Shown: piece by piece, positions 18,135 to 27,697 of the stretch
Position numbering within the stretch: position 1 is the stretch's first letter
Layout of the letters: every line of letters starts with the position of its first letter
DNA from: a virus
Taxonomy: Duplodnaviria; Caudoviricetes
Direction: 5' to 3' (one strand)
DNA length: 63,771 nucleotides
Virus record (IMG/VR): IMGVR_UViG_3300020474_000009
Coordinates: 1-63,771 of that record
Made by a program: the position numbers and the translations under genes
Notes under the pieces: model-generated
Told to the model about the DNA's origin: nothing
The model's input: only the letters and a program-made list of their open reading frames with translations
Database searches by the model: none

Positions 18135-19151
18135 ATGCAAACTATAAATCCACAAGCACTAAAAGCTGAATTGAAAGACGCTGTTACAGCAGGCTACCCC
18201 GCAATGATATGGGGCGGTCCAGGTATCGGTAAGTCTGACATACCAGCTCAAGTAGCCGCCGAGCTCAATATGAATATTATTGACTTTCGTGCAAACTTAT
18301 TCGACCCAGTCGACGTACGTGGCATACCATATCTCGCTCAAGAGAATGTAGATGCTACTAAATATACGTCCTGGGCTGTACCTGACGTGTTCCCAATTGC
18401 AGAACGCGACGGCGACAGAGGTATCTTGTTTATTGACGAGTTACCAACTGCGCCACCTGCAACACAGAACGCATTTTTACAACTATTGCTCAACAGAAAG
18501 CTAGGTGATTATGAGCTCCCAGCTGGTTGGGCTTTAGTTTGTGCAGGTAACAGACTAACTGACAGTGCAGCTGTGTATCAGATGCCATCGCCAGTTAGAA
18601 ACAGACTAGCTCATTACGAGCTTGAACCAACGCTCGATGACTGGGTTCAGTGGGCTCATCAACACAACATTGATACGGATCTGATATCGTTCATTCAGTA
18701 CAGACCTGGACTTCTGTCTAGTTTCAATGCAGATGAGTACGCATTCCCAACACCACGTGCATGGTCTATGGTCAGCAGAAAGCTTGGTAAAGCTAACACT
18801 GACCCAGACAGATTGTTCTTCGGTGTTGCATCACTAGTCGGTGACGGTGCTGCAGGCGAGTTTGTTGCGTTCAAAGACATCGCAAGCAAGCTACCTGATA
18901 TCGATGCTATTATCAAAGACCCATCTAAGTACAAGCGTGATGACAACCCAGCGTTGTTATATGCTTTGGCTAATGCGGTCGCAGCAAGAGCAGAGGATGA
19001 CAAGATGGATAACATTATGAAACTCGCTGACAAACTAGTTGTCGAGTATCAAGTTGTTCTAGTCAAAGGTTGCCTTGCTAGGAGCAAAGAGTTGCGTCAG
19101 CACCCAGCTGTACGTAACTGGATTACTAAAAACGCTAACGTTATCTTATAA
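18135..19151 (+). CDS. MoxR-like AAA+ ATPase
   Basis: GGPGIGKS Walker A, ILFIDE Walker B, AGNR sensor, PTPRAW. Confidence 0.9.
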   Translation: MQTINPQALKAELKDAVTAGYPAMIWGGPGIGKSDIPAQVAAELNMNIIDFRANLFDPVDVRGIPYLAQENVDATKYTSWAVPDVFPIAERDGDRGILFIDELPTAPPATQNAFLQLLLNRKLGDYELPAGWALVCAGNRLTDSAAVYQMPSPVRNRLAHYELEPTLDDWVQWAHQHNIDTDLISFIQYRPGLLSSFNADEYAFPTPRAWSMVSRKLGKANTDPDRLFFGVASLVGDGAAGEFVAFKDIASKLPDIDAIIKDPSKYKRDDNPALLYALANAVAARAEDDKMDNIMKLADKLVVEYQVVLVKGCLARSKELRQHPAVRNWITKNANVIL

Positions 19152-19163
19152 CAAGGAGGTTCT

Positions 19164-19820
19164 ATGAAAACGGTTAGATTATCACAGTCTCTAACGTACG
19201 ACATTCGACGTGCGGCAGAGAACAAATATGACTCGGCTAATCCCAAGAAAGAGTATGCCAAAGACGGTATGCAATTGTTTATTGATGAAGGCTATCAGCA
19301 AAAGATAGACGTAACCAGTAAACAATTTAAAGACGTCTGGGGATTTGATATGCCAGTTAATACGGTTCGTTATCTTGTTATATCGTCACAGTATCTAGAT
19401 TCTACTGACGATGAGGGTAACGAACATTACGAAACCAAATCGTACACGCTAGACTTACCAAACGTAGAAGTTCCTACTGTGTTGGTAAAATATGGCGATG
19501 AGATGAGGGTTAAAGTCGATCCTGACAACCCGACATTCTTACATTGTATCGAGACGGAAATGTTTAACAGCAACAGAGACCGCAAGAAACGTGAATACGT
19601 TAACAACCTAGACACGGTTCTTCACAAGTTCTCTACGCTTAACCAGCTGATGAAAGCTGCGCCGTATATCAAGGACTTAGTACCGCAAGATAGACTGCAA
19701 AAAATGCACGAAGTTGACGACCGTTCAGGTCGCAAGAAAGAGCAAGCAGAGATTGCGGACAATGAGTTATCTGAATTACGCGAAGTGTTGCTTGAAGATG
19801 CGTTACTTGGAGACGACTAA
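19164..19820 (+). CDS. Nmad5-like protein (paralogue 1)
   Basis: VRLSQSL..DI N-terminus, TLNQLMKAAPYIKDLVP C-terminus. Confidence 0.5.
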   Translation: MKTVRLSQSLTYDIRRAAENKYDSANPKKEYAKDGMQLFIDEGYQQKIDVTSKQFKDVWGFDMPVNTVRYLVISSQYLDSTDDEGNEHYETKSYTLDLPNVEVPTVLVKYGDEMRVKVDPDNPTFLHCIETEMFNSNRDRKKREYVNNLDTVLHKFSTLNQLMKAAPYIKDLVPQDRLQKMHEVDDRSGRKKEQAEIADNELSELREVLLEDALLGDD

Positions 19821-20911
19821 TGAATCCATTATTCGTAAAAGCTAGGTCAAGACTAATCCTTGACAATCCATTCTTTGGCACGTTGTGTCTCCGACTCAAG
19901 GTAGTTGAGTGGGACGAACCGACTGGCGCAGTAGATGGTGTCCATTTGTTTTACAACCCTAAGTGGTTCGAGAAACTTACGGACATGGAGAGGATTGGCT
20001 TCTTGGCACACGAAGTGCTTCACGTTGTGTTTCTACATATTACACGTAGGAACGAACGTGATGCTACTAAGTGGAATGTAGCGTGTGACTACGCAATCAA
20101 TAACTATTTGGTTGCGGAAGGTTTTATATTACCGAAGGGCGGGCTTGTGGATGCGCAGTACAATGATATGACTGCGGAGGCCATCTACGGCATGCTACCC
20201 GACCAGGATAGCAAGTTGTTAGACCCTGGTAAATGTGGTGGAGTTATGGACCACCCTGGCGCTGACGGCACTAGTGGTAAAACTAGTGCTATCGAGGCTG
20301 GCCTGACTGTAGCAATACATCAGGCTGCCGAGGCGGCTAAAGCCCAAGGTAAATTGTCTGGCTCTATGGAGTCTGTTATATCAGATATTACTGACCCAAA
20401 GGTCGACTGGAAGGCTGTGTTGGCTCGTTTCTTACGTTCCAACAACAAGTCTGACTTCACCTGGGTTAGACCAAACAGACGATTTATCGCTCGCGGTATG
20501 TATCTACCTTCGCTACATAATCCTTGTCTAGAGGAGATTGTAGTTGCAGTCGACACATCAGGCTCGATCAGCGAAGATGAGCTCACGCAGTTTACAACCG
20601 AGACGTCGTACATATTGCACGAACTAGCACCAGAGCGTGTTCAATTTCTGCAATGCGATGCTGAGGTACAAAATGCTACTGAGTACACACGCGAATCGTT
20701 GCCACTAAAAGTAACATACGAAGGCAGAGGCGGAACTAGATTCTCACCGGTCATTGATTATGTCAATGAGAATTATCCCAATGCAGCTGCTCTAGTATAT
20801 CTTACCGACTTAGAATCTAGCGATTTCGGTGATAAACCGCACTATCCAGTTCTATGGATTACAACAAACGAGACCAACGCCCCGTTCGGCGAGGTCATAC
20901 AAATGCAATAA
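19820..20911 (+). CDS. Metallopeptidase-like + vWA protein (DUF2201 type)
   Basis: HEVLH zincin motif, WNVACDYAIN, DTSGS MIDAS, GRGGT, YLTD. Confidence 0.88.
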   Translation: MNPLFVKARSRLILDNPFFGTLCLRLKVVEWDEPTGAVDGVHLFYNPKWFEKLTDMERIGFLAHEVLHVVFLHITRRNERDATKWNVACDYAINNYLVAEGFILPKGGLVDAQYNDMTAEAIYGMLPDQDSKLLDPGKCGGVMDHPGADGTSGKTSAIEAGLTVAIHQAAEAAKAQGKLSGSMESVISDITDPKVDWKAVLARFLRSNNKSDFTWVRPNRRFIARGMYLPSLHNPCLEEIVVAVDTSGSISEDELTQFTTETSYILHELAPERVQFLQCDAEVQNATEYTRESLPLKVTYEGRGGTRFSPVIDYVNENYPNAAALVYLTDLESSDFGDKPHYPVLWITTNETNAPFGEVIQMQ

Positions 20912-20924
20912 CAAGGAGGTTACT

Positions 20925-21806
20925 ATGGCATCTGTAAGAATGACAATCGAGCTGAGGAATCAGCTCATATCGGCGTATCGTAAGCAATGTCAAACTGCTT
21001 ACAATACACAATTCGATGTAGAATCCACGATCAATGAGGTTGTGGATTCTATACAACAACAAGCTAACACAACGGATTTTGCAAAGCTTGTAGAAACTGC
21101 AGAGCAATTTGCAGAGCTTATGGCTCAGCATTCTAATAGGTACAAAGGTTTATATACCAAAGAGTACAACAGAATGTATGGCTCTATAAATGCTATTAAC
21201 CAAGAGTATGGTGACAACGAAAGGATGTGTCCTATCAAAAAGCCATCTCAGCTTTATGTAGTGTGTAATCCTAGTCGACCACAGTCAGAGAACATGACAA
21301 CAGTGTCTCAATGGCATTGTGCTTTTCATGACAAATGGGACGGCAAAGTAGTGCCAGCATCTGACAGCTATGTAGAAGGCGACATGTTGTTTGTGCATGA
21401 CTTTGGCGAAAACGCACCTTTCTTACCATTTATTACTAATGGCGACGAAGATAACTACAGAGCAAAAGAGGATTACGCACCAACATGCAACCTCGCTCTC
21501 GTTGTTACCGACGTTACTATGTGTGATAAACTACAAGCTATACCTATGGCAAAGCAGAAAGTAAGCGACATGGTTAAGAAGTTCGAAGACTTTGTAGAAC
21601 CTATAACCACGCTCAAGAAATTCTTAGATGAGTTTCCTGGCGGTAGGTCTCTAGTACCAGAAGAGAAGCTTAAAGAAATGGCTACGCCAGCTACAAAACG
21701 CAAAGTAGAAACCAAAGTAAAAGCAGAAGACTTATTGACACCTGATGCAAAACAGGAGTTTAATGAGGTTATGTTAGAATCATCTTTACTAGGGGGTAAT
21801 GAATGA
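20925..21806 (+). CDS. Nmad5-like protein (paralogue 2)
   Basis: Start at ATG 20925 after AAGGAGGT; VRMTIELRNQLI, TTLKKFLDEFPGGRSLVP, ends ESSLLGG like paralogue 1. Confidence 0.5.
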   Translation: MASVRMTIELRNQLISAYRKQCQTAYNTQFDVESTINEVVDSIQQQANTTDFAKLVETAEQFAELMAQHSNRYKGLYTKEYNRMYGSINAINQEYGDNERMCPIKKPSQLYVVCNPSRPQSENMTTVSQWHCAFHDKWDGKVVPASDSYVEGDMLFVHDFGENAPFLPFITNGDEDNYRAKEDYAPTCNLALVVTDVTMCDKLQAIPMAKQKVSDMVKKFEDFVEPITTLKKFLDEFPGGRSLVPEEKLKEMATPATKRKVETKVKAEDLLTPDAKQEFNEVMLESSLLGGNE

Positions 21807-22000
21807 ATAACCAAGCAATAATGCCTTATCCAGAATTTATCTACGATGAACGTCAAGACTTTCAGTACAACTTCTGGAAGTGGAGAGACATGGCAGATAA
21901 CGAGGCTAAAGCAGAAAATAGACCATATTATACTGATGTAAAAGCTAAAGCTTTATTTCAACAGTACTTTGGTCACTATAGCAAAGGAGTAGCGTTATGA
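21803..22000 (+). CDS. Hypothetical protein
   Basis: 65 aa; ATGA-type overlaps on both sides. Confidence 0.6.
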   Translation: MNNQAIMPYPEFIYDERQDFQYNFWKWRDMADNEAKAENRPYYTDVKAKALFQQYFGHYSKGVAL

Positions 22001-22188
22001 GTGCTATTAAAAACTACATGTGGGACGTCGGCGAATTCGCCGCGGACCACGGTATCGCAGCTGCTAGAGATAAGTATTTCGAATCAGAAGAGGGTGTAAA
22101 ACTCTGTATAATGTTTACGTTTGCTTACGACGGTAGTTGGGAACAATTTATTTCAGAAGGTAACTGGAAGGAGCCTCCTGTTCATTAA
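21997..22188 (+). CDS. Hypothetical protein
   Basis: 63 aa; AAGGAG RBS. Confidence 0.6.
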   Translation: MSAIKNYMWDVGEFAADHGIAAARDKYFESEEGVKLCIMFTFAYDGSWEQFISEGNWKEPPVH

Positions 22189-22210
22189 CATGCCAAGGAG
22201 TGGCATTAGT

Positions 22211-22244
22211 ATAGCCCAAGATTCGGTGTCCCGGCTTGGGCTAT
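22211..22244. terminator. Hairpin between convergent genes
   Basis: atagcccaag...cttgggctat 10-bp inverted repeat. Confidence 0.5.
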
Positions 22245-22255
22245 GCGTCTTTAAC

Positions 22256-22666
22256 TTAGGATATGTATACCCAAAGTTCGATTGTTCCAGATGCAACGTC
22301 ACCTGCTGGAGCTACTTCACAGATAACATCAATTGTGTCGTCTGAAGAATAGTTCACAGGAGCTACGCCATCATCTTTCTCATCAGCAGTACCACCTTGT
22401 CCACATGTAGATGCAGCGATGTACTTATCAGTATCTCCGCCATCACCAACACCAAACACAAGGCCAGTACCTGTATCTAGGTCGCTAGATTTAATCTTAA
22501 CATCATGCACAGTTTCACCAGCAAATACGTCTACCATTTTGTATACGTCGCCTGCGTTAACTGCAGCATTTACATTAATCTTTGCGTATCTAACACCAAT
22601 CGCTCCACTTGGGAACGGCTTGAATGATTGATTTCCAGCTACCATGTCACTTGTAAAAGTTGCCAT
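22256..22666 (-). CDS. Putative capsid decoration/cement protein
   Basis: Beta-rich; DLDTGTGLVFGVGDGGDTDKY..YSSDDTIDV..SGTIELWVY pattern; GGAG RBS. Confidence 0.55.
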   Translation of the reverse strand: MATFTSDMVAGNQSFKPFPSGAIGVRYAKINVNAAVNAGDVYKMVDVFAGETVHDVKIKSSDLDTGTGLVFGVGDGGDTDKYIAASTCGQGGTADEKDDGVAPVNYSSDDTIDVICEVAPAGDVASGTIELWVYIS

Positions 22667-22763
22667 ATTGCTTCTCCATTTGTGTATTACATCACCATGA
22701 TGTAATATCTATAGTCATAAAGACATAATTGTCTTTTGTCAAATTTAATTAAGGAGTAATTAA

Positions 22764-22976
22764 ATGCCACCATCACATGTATATGTAAAACGTAATCCAA
22801 TACATCCATATACATACAATGACCCAGCAGATTTACCCCACATACAATGGAAATTTGTCAAAATATCTGTTGCTTACAACATGTACACCAGTAAGCAAAT
22901 AGGATGGGAACGTGCAAAGCGTTCAGAGTACGAAGAATGGTGTACAAAAATGAAAAAGTTCAAGGAGGAACTATGA
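22764..22976 (+). CDS. Hypothetical protein
   Basis: 70 aa; AAGGAG RBS. Confidence 0.6.
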   Translation: MPPSHVYVKRNPIHPYTYNDPADLPHIQWKFVKISVAYNMYTSKQIGWERAKRSEYEEWCTKMKKFKEEL

Positions 22977-23161
22977 GTAAACCACAACAACCACAACACT
23001 GGTTAAAAATATACGAAGCCAACCAAGGCCACCATGAAATGTTAGATAACATACAAGATGTGTTAAATGACATGGATATAGATTGTTATAACGATATGGA
23101 ACTCGCAAGAAAAAACCAATGCGACCTGTTCGTAGTTTTGGAGAAAAGAGATGAAGGATGA
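22973..23161 (+). CDS. Hypothetical protein
   Basis: Start MSKPQQ after AAGGAGG; ATGA overlap. Confidence 0.55.
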   Translation: MSKPQQPQHWLKIYEANQGHHEMLDNIQDVLNDMDIDCYNDMELARKNQCDLFVVLEKRDEG

Positions 23162-23233
23162 ATTTAACAGTTTATTACAAATGCTAGAGAACCTAGAACA
23201 AGACATAAAAAAATTTATAAGGTGGTTATTTAA

Positions 23234-25030
23234 ATGAAAAAATTATATTTAGACTTTGAGACGTACTACGACGTACAGTTCTCATTAACAAAAATGTCTA
23301 CAGCACAATATATAAATCACAAAGATTTTAAAGTTTGGGGAGTAGGACTGAAAGTGGACGACGGAGATACCGAATGGTACAACGCAGATGAGACAGACGA
23401 TATCTTAGCTGCAATAGACTGGAGCGATACCGCCCTAGTTTGCCATAATACTCTGTTTGATGCCTTCATTCTTACAAGGCACTACGGATATAATCCTGCG
23501 TATTATTATGATACGGCTGCGATGAGCAGAGGTTTATACCCTAATGTGTCAGCTAGGCTGAAAGAGTGTGTCATTCGTGAATTCCCAAAGGATGAGACAA
23601 TGCGTAAGGGAGAAGAACTCGTGAATGCCAAAGGTATACGCGACCTTGACCCAGAGCTAGACGAACAAATAGGTTCGTACTGCATTCAAGATGTGGATCT
23701 AACGTATGCACTTTTTCAGTCCTACGTGTCTAAGTTTCCAGAGTCAGAGCTTGACCTGATTGACTTAACAACACGTATGTTCGTTGAGCCAAAACTTCTA
23801 TTGGACCAGCCAATGCTGTTGCAATACAAAGAAGATATGGCAGAACGTGCAGAGCTTGCAATAGATGCGTCAGGTGTAACACGCGAAATTCTTGCGTCAC
23901 AACAAAAGTTTCGTGCGCACCTGGAGCAGCTGGGCATAACAGTACCGACAAAGAAAAGTCCAACCACAGGCAAACAAATACCTGCGTTTGGAAAAAATGA
24001 CCCTGCCTACTTACAAATGTGCAATATGTATCCAGAACATCGTGCGTTGTGGGACGCCCGTGAGGTAGTTAAGTCACGTATTGATGAGACTAGAGCGCAA
24101 CGCTTTATTGATTCGTGCAACCCTGACGGCACATTCGGTGTACCACTACGATACTATGCCGCACATACAGGTAGATTCGGTGGCTCAGATAAAATCAACT
24201 TACAAAACCTACCACGTGGTTCTAAGTTACGTACGGCAATCAAAGCCCCTGAAGGACAACGGCTGTTTATAGCTGATTTGTCTAACATCGAAGCACGTAT
24301 GTTAGCTTGGTTAGCAAAAGAAGCTGACTTGTTAGACGCTTTTGCTCAAGGTCGTGATGTCTATTGTGAATTCGCTTCACAAGTGTACGGAAAGCCAATA
24401 ACCAAAACAGATAAGCTAGAAAGATATGTCGGCAAAACTGCGGTGTTAGGTCTGGGTTACGGAATGGGACACGTAAAGTTCCAAGACACACTCAAGACAG
24501 GTTCACCATCAGTTGATGTTACGGACACAACCGCTGCACAGATCGTTCAACAGTATCGAGGTATGTATAGCAATATACCAATACTTTGGTCTCGCATGAA
24601 AGACTTATTATTTAATATGATTTCACCCAGAGACTACGGTATTACCTACGGCCCAGTTACGGTCGGACCACAGCAGCTAGTCTTGCCAAACGGCATGGCA
24701 CTTTCATACCCTGATTTACGGTATGCAGGTGGTGAATTTATATACAATACGCAAAAAGGTATCGTGCGTACTTACGGGCCCCGCTTGGCCGAAAACGTTA
24801 TTCAGGCACTTGCACGTGTTGTTATAACTGACCAGATGTTAGAAGTACACGCACTGCCAGAAGTAGATGTAGTATTACAAGTCCATGACGAAATCATCGC
24901 ATTAGGTTCACAACTTGATTCAGATGTTACAATGGAAAAGATACTAAATATTATGAAAACTCCACCGAGTTGGTGTCAAGATTTACCACTCGATGCAGAG
25001 GGAGGCGTAAGCCAGGTATATGACAAATAA
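23234..25030 (+). CDS. polA: DNA polymerase family A with 3'-5' exonuclease
   Basis: LDFET exo I, HNTLFD exo II, DLSNIEAR motif A, RYVGKTAVLGLGYG motif B, VHDE motif C. Confidence 0.93.
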   Translation: MKKLYLDFETYYDVQFSLTKMSTAQYINHKDFKVWGVGLKVDDGDTEWYNADETDDILAAIDWSDTALVCHNTLFDAFILTRHYGYNPAYYYDTAAMSRGLYPNVSARLKECVIREFPKDETMRKGEELVNAKGIRDLDPELDEQIGSYCIQDVDLTYALFQSYVSKFPESELDLIDLTTRMFVEPKLLLDQPMLLQYKEDMAERAELAIDASGVTREILASQQKFRAHLEQLGITVPTKKSPTTGKQIPAFGKNDPAYLQMCNMYPEHRALWDAREVVKSRIDETRAQRFIDSCNPDGTFGVPLRYYAAHTGRFGGSDKINLQNLPRGSKLRTAIKAPEGQRLFIADLSNIEARMLAWLAKEADLLDAFAQGRDVYCEFASQVYGKPITKTDKLERYVGKTAVLGLGYGMGHVKFQDTLKTGSPSVDVTDTTAAQIVQQYRGMYSNIPILWSRMKDLLFNMISPRDYGITYGPVTVGPQQLVLPNGMALSYPDLRYAGGEFIYNTQKGIVRTYGPRLAENVIQALARVVITDQMLEVHALPEVDVVLQVHDEIIALGSQLDSDVTMEKILNIMKTPPSWCQDLPLDAEGGVSQVYDK

Positions 25031-25214
25031 AAAATCAAACTTAATCCTAACAAGAAAGATTGGCGATCGTGTCAAAGTGTACACACCCCAGGGGGACATG
25101 TGTACGATTACGGTCACCAGTATTTCTCAACGCGCATGCAAACTCGCGTTCGAAGCTGACTCTAATGTCCGCATAGATAGGGAAGAAGTTTATACAAAGA
25201 AGGAGAAAAAATGA
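25020..25214 (+). CDS. csrA: Carbon storage regulator CsrA/RsmA homologue
   Basis: LILTRKIGDRV...KLAFEADSNVRIDREEVY matches the CsrA pattern LILTRR.GE...(I/V)GI.AP..V...REE(I/V)Y. Confidence 0.8.
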   Translation: MTNKKSNLILTRKIGDRVKVYTPQGDMCTITVTSISQRACKLAFEADSNVRIDREEVYTKKEKK

Positions 25215-27697
25215 AAGTTGTATTTTTAGAAGCTAAAAAACCACTTGTCAAAGAAATAACAAAGGATGGTACAAAACCCTATCCTCTTGTTAAAAACTTT
25301 ACTTCTACAGAAGAAAGCATAACAGTTGACAAGAAAGGACTAAGCAAACTATTTCGTGCACTTTGCAGTGCAGCTGCAAACGGCATGTGTATGTTAAAAG
25401 GACCATTAAAACGTCCGCTTGTAGATGAACCCCGAGCATTTATGTCTGACCGAACAGCTCCAACAGAGTTGCTTGTGTTAGATATTGATGGTCTACGTGC
25501 AACCCCAGGAGATGACTTGCAAGCTATGGCAGATCGTATCGTGCTTCAGTTACCTGAGATATTCCACGATTGTTCGTACATAGTACAAGCCAGTGCATCT
25601 TTAGGTATTAAGAAAGATACAATTTCATTACATTTGTTCTTTCTTATGGATATGCCAGTACACCCAAAAACGCTCAAGGACTTTATGCGTGGTCTTAACT
25701 ACGAAACAGAGTTCCTTGCAGAACAAATTACTTTATCGGCCAACGGCCAAAGTCTTTCGTGCGTGTTAGACCCGTCAGTTGCAGATAACAGTAAGTTAAT
25801 TTACATAGCAACACCTAAATTTACTGGCGTTGAAGATCCGTACCCAGAAGCTAGATTCATCAAGGTTGACCGTGGCTCAGCTGTTCTTAAAATCTCCTCA
25901 TCTTTAGTCGGCGTTAACCCTGAAAAGGTACACGCCCTTGGTTTGCAGATTAAAGACAATCTTAGGAAGAAAAACAACCTTCCTAAAAGGACAGGCAAGT
26001 TATCCACGGTCAGCGTTGCTGGTGAGTCGCACGAAGTGCTACAAAACCCAGACAAAATGACCATAGAAGTTACACGTGTTTCAGAGCCCTACGTTAACTG
26101 TAATGTGAACGGAGGCGACAGTGGAGGTTATTACTTTTTATTAACCAACCCACATTACATGTACAACTTTAAAGGAGAACCTATATGGGAAATAGAAAAA
26201 GCTGATGCTGATTTCTACAGAAGTATCTTTGATATCTTTGCAGATAAAATAGATGCAGATACTAAACAAAAACCAATTGTCTTACGTGATTTTTACACAG
26301 ACACATTTTATAACGGAGTATATGATGAAACAAAACAACAGTTTAGTGAGAACTACCCACTCACGCCCACCAATAAAAACAGTCTTAACGATTTTCTTAA
26401 GTCTCATGGTCGCGGCGCCTTGGATTATGTCCCAGATGCTCGTGTCGTATTTGATCCGAGCAGTGACGAAGGTATTAACCTGGACACAATCCCATACAGC
26501 GTAAACTTATTTAGGCGAACAAAGTATATGCTTAAGCCACAAGAAAATGTAAAAGAACTTTCGTACGGAGATGCCATCCAGATCCAGGACGTTGCACCGA
26601 ATTTTTATAATTTAGTTATGCACATTCTAGGTAACGGCAAACCTGAGTTCGAACATTTTATAAATTGGCTTGCGTACATATACCAGAACAAACGCAAGGC
26701 TATGACCGCGTGGATATTCACGGGCGTACCGGGCACTGGTAAAGGTCTGTTTGTACACAAAATTCTAAAGCCACTATTTGGTGAACAACAAACACCAATG
26801 CGTTCTTTAGAAAATATAGAAGAACAGTTCAACTTGTACATGCGTACTGCAATGTTTTTAGTTGTAGATGAGTTTCGTATGGCTGACTCTGGCTCGGTAG
26901 GTAAAATGGCTGATAAACTAAAACATCAGATTACAGAACCAACCCTGACAATCAGAGCCATGCGTACCAACCAGATCGAGCTGCCATCTTACACGAACTT
27001 CATCTTTCTAACTAACAGAGCAGATGCAGTCAAAATAGAAGACAGCGACAGAAGGTACAACGTTGCACCGCGACAAGAAACTAAACTAGAAGTAGCTAAT
27101 AAACAAGTCATAGAGAATATAGAACTACTAGAACAAGAACTATATATCGTGGCAGGCATACTGCAGCGCTTCCAGGTCGACGCACGTATGGCCCACACAG
27201 CTCTAGAAAACGATGCCAAGAAAGAAATGAAAGAAGTATCTATGTCTATACTAGAAGAATTTGCAAATGCAATACGCATACGCAACCTAGAATATTTTAC
27301 AGAAGTATTAGACATACCACTTACAAACACTTTCGACGCAGGTGGAATTAGTACAGCACAACGATACGTTAAAGAATGGTTAGCACAATCTAATAACGAG
27401 CAAGTTATACCACTAGCTCATTTTAAAGTTGTGTACGACGCACTAACTGACAGTCGTAACACCATCTCACAGCGTGAGTTTGCTAAACGTATGTCCAGGC
27501 TAAATATAAAAACCGCACGTAAACGTGTTAGCAAGGATCGTACAGCTGGCATTCCACGCGGGGTTGTATTGATTTGGAAAATAGATAATAATGTGAAAAA
27601 GGAGTTAATCGGAGAACACTTCGATGAAAGGGACTTAGGACTAATAGATGAAGAATCTAACACAATCCAAGCGTCCAGACCTAATCTCAACGGTTGA
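25211..27697 (+). CDS. Primase-helicase (prim-pol-like N-terminus, DUF5906/SF3-like ATPase)
   Basis: LVLDIDG and LHLFF prim-pol-like motifs; GVPGTGKG Walker A, LVVDE, IEDSDRRY. Confidence 0.8.
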   Translation: MKVVFLEAKKPLVKEITKDGTKPYPLVKNFTSTEESITVDKKGLSKLFRALCSAAANGMCMLKGPLKRPLVDEPRAFMSDRTAPTELLVLDIDGLRATPGDDLQAMADRIVLQLPEIFHDCSYIVQASASLGIKKDTISLHLFFLMDMPVHPKTLKDFMRGLNYETEFLAEQITLSANGQSLSCVLDPSVADNSKLIYIATPKFTGVEDPYPEARFIKVDRGSAVLKISSSLVGVNPEKVHALGLQIKDNLRKKNNLPKRTGKLSTVSVAGESHEVLQNPDKMTIEVTRVSEPYVNCNVNGGDSGGYYFLLTNPHYMYNFKGEPIWEIEKADADFYRSIFDIFADKIDADTKQKPIVLRDFYTDTFYNGVYDETKQQFSENYPLTPTNKNSLNDFLKSHGRGALDYVPDARVVFDPSSDEGINLDTIPYSVNLFRRTKYMLKPQENVKELSYGDAIQIQDVAPNFYNLVMHILGNGKPEFEHFINWLAYIYQNKRKAMTAWIFTGVPGTGKGLFVHKILKPLFGEQQTPMRSLENIEEQFNLYMRTAMFLVVDEFRMADSGSVGKMADKLKHQITEPTLTIRAMRTNQIELPSYTNFIFLTNRADAVKIEDSDRRYNVAPRQETKLEVANKQVIENIELLEQELYIVAGILQRFQVDARMAHTALENDAKKEMKEVSMSILEEFANAIRIRNLEYFTEVLDIPLTNTFDAGGISTAQRYVKEWLAQSNNEQVIPLAHFKVVYDALTDSRNTISQREFAKRMSRLNIKTARKRVSKDRTAGIPRGVVLIWKIDNNVKKELIGEHFDERDLGLIDEESNTIQASRPNLNG

